Assembly (NCBI RefSeq): GCF_947568905.1
Contig: NC_079173.1
Coordinates: forward strand, 38,378,001-38,442,000
Direction of reading: 5' to 3'
Origin: Ostrea edulis
Taxonomy: Eukaryota
Length of the DNA stretch: 64,000 nucleotides
Both the position numbers and the translations under genes were made by a program. Positions 1 through 7,770 of the stretch are shown here, one piece after another; position 1 is the first letter of the stretch, and the number at the start of each line of letters is the position of its first letter. The notes under the pieces are model-generated. The model made no database searches and had not been told where the DNA came from. It was given only the letters and a program-made list of their open reading frames with translations.

Positions 1-476
1 TTTTGTCTCTGGGACTCGGTGATTAAATCCACGATATTGGAATCGGGGACCTTATGTCCTCTATAACTGATTTCTCCTTCTTTACTCCAAGTTAAGACTT
101 TGGATTTCTTGAGATGATCGAGTAATAAACCCGCTTTCTTTTGACCCGGTTTACTGACACTTTTGATAATCTGATCTTCTAATGCATTGGTATCTGCGGC
201 TGTGGCACCCCCAGGCGTTGGTATTCCCACAGGTGGTGTCGGTGGTAAAGGTTTAGACGGAGTCTGTTGTCGTGCTTGTTGTAAATATTGTCGATATCGA
301 TGAAGTTGATGGCCATACAAAGCTACTTTCCCCCTCTCGGTTAAATCATCTCGATGTTCGATGTCATCTAATTCACTGCGTTACCCCACGGTCGATTGAA
401 ATTCGGGAAGCTTGGGTAATTTTCCCTTCAACTCATTCAGCATGGCTTCGGGTACTAATACCATTTTACGACTCAT
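1..476 (-). pseudogene. Conserved Maverick-type hypothetical protein, 5' part (runs off window), with a nonsense codon and a frameshift
   Basis: Manual translation from ATG 476: MSRKMVLVPEAMLNELKGKLPKLPEFQSTVG*RSELDDIEHRDDLTER/(fs ~330)KVALYGHQLHRYRQY...LLDHLKKSKVLTWSKEGEISYRGHKVPDSNIVDLI. The EKxxLYxxxLxRY and LxWxxxGExxxxGxxxPxSNIxDL motifs match a recurrent Polinton ORF as I recall it. TAA at 383-381. Confidence 0.7.
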
Positions 477-844
477 CTTCTATTGGGATATTTGCAAATT
501 TTGTTAATTCCACAAACTAATGAAGCCAAGCATCCTTTCTGATTGAGTAACGCTCGTCGTTTTTTCACGGGTTGCGGCTGCACCATGCGTCTTAAGATGT
601 GCTTCTTCGGACCAAGTTGTCGTTTCTGAGCGGGAGTGAGAGGAATCACCCCTTTTAATATATTGTACACGATCTCACAAATCTTTAGAATGAAGTCATT
701 GGAACAATATTTGATGACCTCTCTCTTTAATTTGGAGGAATAATGAGGAACCGCTAAGGTTTGCAAGAGGGGTAAACGAGGTCTTAATCGGGATTCACAC
801 TTCTTCGTATCAGCAATAGTGTAATAATGAAGGTCTGTGCACAT
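473..844 (-). CDS. Small basic conserved Polinton protein (ICEIVYNILKGVIPLTPAQK...KKRRALLNQKG), probable virion/core or membrane-active protein
   Basis: ORF track 123 aa. The motif xICEIxxNILKGxIPLTxxQKxxL...KKRxxLxQKG is typical of Maverick small ORFs. The predicted initiator (830) lies downstream of ATG 844, so the real start may be the in-frame ACG at 808-806 (possibly a mutated ATG). Its stop overlaps the next ATG (ATGA). Confidence 0.7.
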   Translation of the reverse strand: MCTDLHYYTIADTKKCESRLRPRLPLLQTLAVPHYSSKLKREVIKYCSNDFILKICEIVYNILKGVIPLTPAQKRQLGPKKHILRRMVQPQPVKKRRALLNQKGCLASLVCGINKICKYPNRR

Positions 845-861
845 TCCCCCTGCTTTTTATA
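826..861 (-). promoter_or_regulatory. Core promoter of the small basic gene: TATAAAAA + TCATT
   Basis: TATA 861-854 lies 3 nt after the upstream stop. TCATT starts at 830. Confidence 0.55.
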
Positions 862-864
862 GTG

Positions 865-1773
865 TTACGCGCTCGGGTGCTGGGGATTGAAACGTCCGTG
901 ATGAACGGTCTCCTCGTGACGATCACGACTACTTTTCAAATTGTATTGCAGAGGACAATATCGACATTTGTATTTCTGCTTAGGGGTCGATGTGCTTAAG
1001 GGAGTAAAATGTGCCATACCCCCAAAGGCTTGACCAAAACTGGGTAAGGCTGTATCGGTGGTTCTGGAAGTTCCTATGGGTCCTCGCATGGCTCGTTCCA
1101 TTTTCTTTTCAGCTAATCCTTGTTTCAGTTCTGCTAAAGTCTTAGTTTTCTTGGGTGGGGTTATTTGAGGTATCATATATTTCGAAAAAGGGATTTTCAC
1201 GATGAGTTTAGGGGTCTTCTTCTTCTTAGGAAATTTAGCCATGCGTAAGAGATAAGGAGCCAGGACACTGGTTTTAGGATCGTGGGTCTTCCGGTGAATG
1301 ATGAGTTTCGGAACTTTCTTAGGAACTTTAGGAACTTTCTTTTTTCTTTTCTTAGCTAAGGCTAAGAGGGAAGGGGGTAACACATGTGTTTTCTTTTGCT
1401 TCACGACTCTCGCCACACTACGGGGACGTCTTTTACGTTTTTGCCCCGTTTCCCATTTGAACAAATGACGAATGATGGTCCCTCCTAAGAATCCGGCTCC
1501 ACCCCGTTTCAAAATGGATTTTTTACGATCTTCCTCATTCGCATTCTTATTGGCAATGACATTCAAGTCGTGACAATGTGCTTGAATGAAACGCCCCGTG
1601 AGTTTATTCACGGGTAAGACTCCTCGTAATAATTTTTTAGCGCCCATGGCAAACCAGTTGAGTAAGGCTTTACGTCCTAATTCAATGAGATGGGCTCGTT
1701 GAACGGGATCCCGTTCCCGCTGTAAACGTCGTAACGTTTTCACTAATTTACTCTTGGCTGTAGGTCTACCCAT
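865..1773 (-). CDS. Basic protein: N-terminal module related to the 473-844 protein, Lys/Pro-rich low-complexity tail, C-terminal C2H2 zinc finger
   Basis: Open frame. Likely start MGRPTAKSK (ATG 1773) just after the TATA (1826) and TCATT (1796). Contains LLRGVLPV...RKKSILKRGGAGFLGG, KKVPKVPKKVPKLII/PKKKKTPKLIV repeats, and YKCRYCPLQYNLKSSRDRHEETVH (C-x2-C-x12-H-x4-H). Confidence 0.75.
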   Translation of the reverse strand: MGRPTAKSKLVKTLRRLQRERDPVQRAHLIELGRKALLNWFAMGAKKLLRGVLPVNKLTGRFIQAHCHDLNVIANKNANEEDRKKSILKRGGAGFLGGTIIRHLFKWETGQKRKRRPRSVARVVKQKKTHVLPPSLLALAKKRKKKVPKVPKKVPKLIIHRKTHDPKTSVLAPYLLRMAKFPKKKKTPKLIVKIPFSKYMIPQITPPKKTKTLAELKQGLAEKKMERAMRGPIGTSRTTDTALPSFGQAFGGMAHFTPLSTSTPKQKYKCRYCPLQYNLKSSRDRHEETVHHGRFNPQHPSA

Positions 1774-1791
1774 GATGAAAGTTGTTTGTGA

Positions 1792-1826
1792 AATGAAATG
1801 AATAGTCATTCATAATGATATTTATA
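1792..1826 (-). promoter_or_regulatory. Core promoter of the basic/C2H2 gene: TATAAATA + TCATT
   Basis: TATAAATA 1826-1819 contains the ATPase TAA stop. TCATT starts at 1796. Confidence 0.6.
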
Positions 1827-2460
1827 CTCTCGGTGGCATGTGCACCGCTAAGGTAGAAAAGAGTTGACTTCTTAATCTTAAATCCTCGGATGTCTGAGGA
1901 CTTAAATCGACCAGTAAATATCCGTGAGGAATACTGGTGGCTTCATCATACGCGGGTAATAAATGAGGCATTTGTAATTGGCGACTTAATACCCCAATCT
2001 GAGATTTATCTCTAGGATTTTTAAACAACACGAGATAGTGGGCATTCAGACTGATAGTACGATGTTGCACGGCGCGATCAAATAGATTTTGCGTGATATA
2101 TATAACACTGGTATTACGATGATGCGCTTTGCGCGTAAACCAATCTACAATAGATTCTATGGCTTTACCGCCCATCATATCATCAAAAATGAGTAAATGT
2201 CGAGTAGTGAGATCGGCGACTAATTTCTCATCGTCTTGAGGAATGTTGTGAACGAATGTTACAGCTTTTTGTAATGATTCATAAGCCGGTTGCCATTCTC
2301 GATAACACCATACTATTTTTTCTGGGGGTGGTGATATCCACTGCGTATTTTGTACCAGTTGCTTCACAAATTCCGTTTTACCCGATTTAGAGGGACCCGC
2401 CACCACCATAGTAAATTCATGTTTCAATTGAAACGGGGCCAGTGTCTCGTAGGCATACAT
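1822..2460 (-). CDS. A32/FtsK-HerA-like DNA packaging ATPase
   Basis: Walker A GPSKSGKT, Walker B LLIFDDMM, and the family motifs TRKAHHRNTSVIYITQNLF and NAHYLVLFKNPRD. Intact; ATG at 2460 (the track start at 2475 is GTG). Confidence 0.93.
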   Translation of the reverse strand: MYAYETLAPFQLKHEFTMVVAGPSKSGKTEFVKQLVQNTQWISPPPEKIVWCYREWQPAYESLQKAVTFVHNIPQDDEKLVADLTTRHLLIFDDMMGGKAIESIVDWFTRKAHHRNTSVIYITQNLFDRAVQHRTISLNAHYLVLFKNPRDKSQIGVLSRQLQMPHLLPAYDEATSIPHGYLLVDLSPQTSEDLRLRSQLFSTLAVHMPPRV

Positions 2461-2467
2461 CTTGATA

Positions 2468-2503
2468 AATGACACAAGTTCATGGGATCATACATATTTA
2501 TTA
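2468..2503 (-). promoter_or_regulatory. ATPase core promoter / iap poly(A) signal: TAATAAATA + TCATT
   Basis: TAATAAATA 2503-2495 contains the iap stop codon and AATAAA. TCATT starts at 2472. Confidence 0.5.
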
Positions 2504-3028
2504 ACAAGTAAAAATACGAACCGTTTCTACAAAAGAATCTCTACAAATAGGACATGTTCTAAGTCCTGAAGCACACATAGCACAAGTACATAAATGACCA
2601 CAAGGTAAAAAAGCAATTCTCAAGTCTCGTTCTAAACAAATGTGACATTTCTGGGTACACATTGGATTCCCTGCCCCGTCTAAGGGCAAATCTCCCCAAT
2701 CGCGATCACTGTCTTTAGCGCGGGCATAGGCATTGAAGGCTTGTCGTACCCATTTGACACTTTTATTGCACAACACGTAAGCACAATGAGGGCTCCAATA
2801 GGCATGTTCTATCCAAGGATCGTCCCCGGGTTCCCAATGTTTGAGAGACAATGTGCAATGAAAACAACGCACATGATCATCCATTCCTTTGAAAAAGAAT
2901 CCGGCTTCTGCAATGTTAGGTAATAAGTTCAACAGAATATCGGGGGCTGTATGAAATGACTCTAGACGAGCCGATAATTCACCATAGGAAGGCACTGAAG
3001 GATTCTGTAGTGATCCGTATTTACTCAT
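2501..3028 (-). CDS. iap: Inhibitor of apoptosis protein (single BIR + C-terminal C3HC4 RING), intronless, 175 aa
   Basis: BIR: RLESF...AEAGFFFKGMDDHVRCFHC-x16-H-x6-C with WEPGDDPWIEH. RING: CHIC-x11-CGH-x3-CAMC-x6-CPIC ending VRIFTC. ATG at 3028 (the track start at 3052 is TTG). It has its own TATA and Inr, and AATAAA overlaps the stop. Confidence 0.95.
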   Translation of the reverse strand: MSKYGSLQNPSVPSYGELSARLESFHTAPDILLNLLPNIAEAGFFFKGMDDHVRCFHCTLSLKHWEPGDDPWIEHAYWSPHCAYVLCNKSVKWVRQAFNAYARAKDSDRDWGDLPLDGAGNPMCTQKCHICLERDLRIAFLPCGHLCTCAMCASGLRTCPICRDSFVETVRIFTC

Positions 3029-3035
3029 TTTGCAG

Positions 3036-3072
3036 ACTGATGTTTTTCTCAAGACGCGTTTCCTTTTTTATA
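3036..3072 (-). promoter_or_regulatory. iap core promoter: TATAAAAAA + TCAGT initiator
   Basis: On the minus strand: TATA 3072-3064 begins 1 nt after the polB TAG stop, and TCAGT starts at 3040. Confidence 0.65.
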
Positions 3073-3073
3073 C

Positions 3074-6000
3074 CTAATATCCATAAGGAAGCGTGTTGTA
3101 ATGGTGAACCCGCTGTCGCTTGTCGTACACTACGCGGTATTTCTTTACTAAGGGAATGGTGCGAACATCGTGCTGGTGCGTTCTCTGAATGTAGTGAGGA
3201 TAACGCACATTGACTTCTTTTTCTTCTCCTTTTAACATTTTTTCTAAGGTAGCGAGTGAGACGATCTTAGAAGCGCGATAATTGAGCGTCAGTCCTTTAA
3301 CTTTGCACATTGATTTTTCCCCCTGGGTCTCGTATGCATAATTTTTAGGGCCTCCCGACATGTACTTGATGATACGATCTCCACTCAATTCATCGGTCCA
3401 GCCGCCTAAACTGTTGACAATGGTAGGGTTAAATTGGGTCTCATCATGTTGATAGATAATACTATCCGTATCAAAATAGAGGACGCGTTCCCCCAAAGGT
3501 TCTAACATCTCGTAGAGATGTAAACGAGCATGCGCTGTGGTAAAACAAGCCAGCACTACGTTTCCAAAAGGACAGTCTTCTAGGAATTCTTCTTTCTCCT
3601 GATAATTGATCAGCATCATGTCGGTTTCGGGGTGATCTCGATTTTCCAGCAGCTCGACTCCTTTGATTTCTAGAGTGGCATCTTGTAATTTTTTCTGTAA
3701 TTCTTCTTCGGTTAAATACTGTGTTTGTGGTAGTTGTAATCGTTGTGCAAATTTTCCCCAGAGACAATTTAAAAAGAGTTTGGCAATGGTTCTACGGACG
3801 GGGTTTTTCTCGATGTCTATTAGATTCATGAAGATGCCTTCCCGGCGCCGGATCTCATCGATGTAGTCTTGTTTCTGTTAGCTCGTTTGACAATGATCGG
3901 GGAATCCGGAAGCTTCTTGTTTAATTTTAAAAAAAAGTATCGATGTAAGATCGAAACAAATCCTGGCTAGTCTTTTCAAAATGCCAGACTTCATAGATGC
4001 GGTCGAGCCGATAGCCGAGATCTAGAGCTTTGTGTACTTCTACGGTCACCCAGGTGCCAGTCAGACTGCGTTCTGAATCGCTGTGACTGCATCGATCGTC
4101 GGGTCCTAAGTTGCGATGTTCGGCGCAGGTTTGGCATAAGGGGAAAAGTAATTTTCCTCCCGTCTTATAGGGTAAGACGGGGTGATACAGACCTCGTGGT
4201 GGTAAGACACGACAATGAATGAGACCAAAGTACTCTCTCACATTCTTGAAATCGCTGGTGATGACTTGAGGATGATCGATGGGAAACGTTCTGTATTTCA
4301 ACACGTAAGGATAGAGAACACACATCGACGTATCGCATATCTCCCTCCTCGCAATACAGACGCGTGGCATTGGTACGACCTCCGTATAAGGCATCGCGGG
4401 GATTTAAGGGGTCCTGAATATCGAGGTCTCGTAGTAATGTTTGTAACTCTGGATTGTTTTTCACTTGTCGATCAAACTCGTGTTCCCAGATGCTCACGAC
4501 TGTATATCCTTGTTGCTCTAAGGCGGCGGCGCGTTTCAAGGTTTGCTCATACAGGGTTTGATACGTCTGCTGGACTCGATGGGGGTGGGTTTCCGTCAAC
4601 AGATTCGGATAACAGGTGGGGCACCCGTGCCAGTAGCAGCCGTAAAATTCGTACACGGTGCGGGATTCCTCCTCGTAGCCGTCCACCGTATAAGGGCCTA
4701 TGGTAATTTCGCCCCCGTTCTTAGCATGACGTATGTTGCGGTCCAGGGAGGTGAGCCAGCGACAGGCCTTGGCCGAGTAGCGGCGCGACGGTTGATATCC
4801 CATATTGGGTATGATGGCTATGGTGTCCTGTGCCATGAATCCTCGGCGATACGATAAATCAGCCGTGCTAGCAAAAGTGATGGATTCCTGAAACGGGTCG
4901 ACGCGGACGAGTCCGTAGAGCGTCGCCTTAAATTGCGCACAACAACGACGTAAAATATCCACATCCGAGATACAGTAAGCCAGGAATTCCTTCTGGAAAT
5001 CGAACACTTTCCCGGCCTGTTTAGTGTACCAGATATAGAAGGCTGCACGATTAGCGATCGACATGTCGTCAGGATTGTAGTAGTGAGCATCGGGATAAGC
5101 CCCCACGTAATTCTGGTTTTGTTCCGTGTTAAAAAAGTGGGGGAAATAACTTTTTTCAGTTCTGTTAATCCAAACGCAGAGGGCATCTTGGCGAGGGCAA
5201 AGGGGAGGAAATTGTATGAATCGATGAATCTCAAGCCGAACACACCCATACACAAGATTTTACTGCCGTTGAGGATGACTGCGGGTTTGATACAGGCCGT
5301 ATGCACTAGATAGTTCAAGATGAATTGCCCATCGTATCCCTTGAAATTGTGCGCAATGGCGGTCGTTTCATCATGCTTAAAAGTCACTTTACCCTTCTCG
5401 TCCGTCTGGGATTGTAACAACCATTCCATAAACTGCTTTAAGGTGTCGGGGCCTTGAAATACGAAACGGCGTTGCGAGCCAAACGCATGACAGTGATCAC
5501 ACCGCATGTCGATGTCTAAACTATCGCAATGTTGACACACGCGTTCGGCCACACAGAGGTTAGGGGTGTGAACTCCGTTTTCCTGGGTACATTCAAAATC
5601 GTAATAAATGTACATTTTCAAATCCTTGTTGCGTTTGGGCTTGGGTTTCTGTTGAACGAAGCAGAGATGTGGGGTGGTGACGAGTTTCTTGCAGATGTGA
5701 CATTGTGTTTTTCCACCGCACGCGTGCTGTTTTAATAATTTCTTTGTCATCCATTTCTGACACTGGTCACAACGTCCCATTAAACTACACACAGTTGTCG
5801 CGGTATTGCTACTGTAAGGTTTCAAGTGGGTCTGGTAACACGCAGCATTTCTAAAAAAATCCCTTACAATGAGCACATTCCGTGGGGGTGCCGTCTGGGG
5901 AACAGGGGGTGTCGGCTAAACAAAACGAACAGCGGTGAGGGCAGACGGTACGGTGGTCTTCGATGTGGCTATATCCAACATCACAGTAATCACAATAATA

Positions 6001-7044
6001 TGTATTTTCCGTCACTCCCGGCATCGATGTTATGGTATCGTAATGCTCGTTATCCAACAGGATGTTCAAACATTTTCCGCTCCCCTGACCTCTGTAGATG
6101 GGGTCTAATCGTAATCGCTGCGTGTTTGTCTTAAAATGGAATATTTTCAAGCGATACTCGGGAGCCAAGACCTGATGTAATTTCTCCCATTCCTGAGCCC
6201 CACACGGTTGATCGTTTGCACACCCGGCGAGTTCCATGAGCGCTAAGACCTGTCGTTTCTGGTCGAGAGCTTGCGTATCCCCTTTTCTCATCTTTAACCA
6301 TTTTTTATCCCATTCGGGGTCCGGAACCTTAGGTTTTTGACTGTGTAACTGTGCCACGGCAATAGCTCGGGGTAGACATAATGAATCGTCGGGGTTGTTA
6401 ATACGAACGATAGCTCTCTTGGAGATCTTAAATTTCTTTTTATCGACTTGTAGATGCTTTTTCTTCATGCCGCCGCCACTCCCTTGAGGATATTTGACAT
6501 GAAAAAAATCTAACTGTGTGGCTCCGTCTGTCATCAGGAACTCTTTTTTAGATTGCTGTACGGCTTCTATTTTGTTTAAAATTTTATCCTCGTTGAGGTT
6601 TTTAGACTGGGTAAATTCGACCCAAATCTCGGAATCCAAAGACGGGTGTCGAATGTTGAGCCGTACATAATCATTGGGGTTGCACTGCATTTCCCGTTTC
6701 ACATTTTTGAGCATATCTTTGAATAATCGCCGAATAAAGGAAGAATCTGGAAGCTCTTTGAAAGTAACGTTGTACACATTTTGTTTCACTTTAAATTTCC
6801 TGGAATGGCGGCCTCTGTCGAGTTTGATTCGATAATATTCCGACACTAACTGGCGTTTTTCTCTGGCTATCCCCCCTCCCCGCTGTAAAAATCTCACTCG
6901 TTGCCAGTTTTCTCTGCGGAGTTCTAATTCACGCTCTCGCTGTATGTGTAGTTGTTCCTCTAAAAATCTCAATCGCTGTTCAATATAATTGGTTGGGAGC
7001 CCATTTCTGCTATTCCGTAAGTCGTTGGGTATTCGCTCAGACAT
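3074..7044 (-). pseudogene. polB: Protein-primed family B DNA polymerase (pPolB), ~1320 codons, disrupted by 4 frameshifts and 1 nonsense codon
   Basis: Five ORF-track pieces join into one protein: ExoI YYDFECT, ExoII AHNFKGYDGQF, FIDSYNFLP, ExoIII YCISDVDIL, YGGRTNA, motif A YVDVCSLYPY, motif B KLFLNCLWGKFAQR, motif C YFDTDSII, GPKNYAY. Lesions: A7 run 5853-5859, ~5150, ~4323, A8 run 3929-3936, TAA at 3880-3878. Confidence 0.96.
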
Positions 7045-7087
7045 GGTGATGAAAGTGACAACGCGAATTGTGTATTGCGTTTATATA
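7042..7087 (-). promoter_or_regulatory. polB core promoter: TATATAAA + TCACT initiator + Kozak-like CACCATG
   Basis: On the minus strand: TATATAAA 7087-7080, TCACT starting at 7058, ATG at 7044. Confidence 0.65.
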
Positions 7088-7089
7088 CT

Positions 7090-7514
7090 TATTGTGACGT
7101 CATAGAAAAACAGGTTTTTCTACAACGTCAGCTATAATGTTCCAGTCCTAGCTCGGTCACAGCGTCATATAGAATGTTCCACAACGTCAATAACACTCTA
7201 AATTAATTAAATTGTTTATTTAATAAATGTGTAAACTTAAAATCATGCGTTTATTATTCATAACACTGTGGATTTTAAAGGATTTTAAAGGATTCACACA
7301 CGGCTCAGGCCTCGTCGTCATACCAACTTTGTTATCGATTTTTCCTACACCTGCACAGCACGCGCTAGGCACGCGCTAGGCACGCCCCGCCTTAGCAACG
7401 CGCTACCTCGACACACGCTAGGCCTCGGCCGCTCTCCAGTGCGTTCTAAAACTTGACTTTTTGACCTCAAAAGTGCACTCAGTTGAACCACCCATCGAGC
7501 CGCCTTATACTACT
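7090..7514. repeat. Candidate right terminal inverted repeat of the Polinton, with internal short direct repeats
   Basis: Non-coding, with a GC-rich distal part: GGATTTTAAA x2 (~7270-7294) and CACGCGCTAGG x2-3 (~7359-7385, a variant at ~7413). It ends in ACTACT (7509-7514), followed by candidate 6-bp TSD AAGGGA. The left copy is outside the window, so the inner boundary is unknown. Confidence 0.55.
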
Positions 7515-7579
7515 AAGGGACGGGTCGTCCCGAAAATTTGGCAATCTGGTTGTTCGTGACGTTGGTCATTTTAGTGCTT

Positions 7580-7581
<2 letters not shown>

Positions 7582-7632
<51 letters not shown>
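7582..7632. repeat. (TA)n microsatellite
   Basis: Directly visible, ~25 units. Confidence 0.98.
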
Positions 7633-7636
<4 letters not shown>

Positions 7637-7645
7637 TTACAGTGA

Positions 7646-7770
7646 TTCAGCAGTCTCTTTTGAATTCGGCATTTCGCAAATTATATATACGTTATAACGA
7701 TCTAGTTTGCCAATACAACCTATCATTGGGTCAAATGTTTTCCAATGTGTTCCATACCAAATATGCCCCA
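7646..7770 (+). mobile_element. Penelope-like element RT C-terminal fragment
   Basis: Translates to QQSLLNSAFRKLYIRYNDLVCQYNLSLGQMFSNVFHT, the RLKSAFRKFYGRYNDL-type C-terminus also seen at several other places in this window. Confidence 0.65.

Larger units (their letters stand above)
1..7514 (-). mobile_element. Polinton/Maverick (adintovirus-like endogenous viral element), right-hand portion, decaying
   Basis: A compact, intronless, co-oriented gene cluster (pPolB, A32-like packaging ATPase, conserved Maverick small ORFs), visibly more GC- and CpG-rich than the flank. PolB lies next to the end and points inward. The end reads ...CCTTATACTACT (reverse complement AGTAGT, the usual Polinton terminus). 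Integrase, capsid and protease genes are not in the window and are presumably to the left. Confidence 0.93.

Noticed and set aside
272-6134. Plus-strand and alternate-frame ORFs overlapping the Polinton genes (e.g. 272-520, 2741-2923, 4215-4706, 4543-4857, 5826-6134)
   Set aside because: They are antisense or off-frame shadows of GC-richer coding sequence, with no motifs or promoters of their own.
1-7514. Interpretation as bacteriophage or prokaryotic contamination
   Set aside because: The genes have TATA/Inr/Kozak/AATAAA signals and an IAP, lack Shine-Dalgarno patterns, and join directly to animal repeats.
7505-7581. TTATACTACTAAGGG... as a Helitron 5' end rather than the Polinton terminus
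   Set aside because: It lacks the A|TC junction, and the ACTACT end follows TIR-like repeats. The Polinton reading is preferred but not proven.
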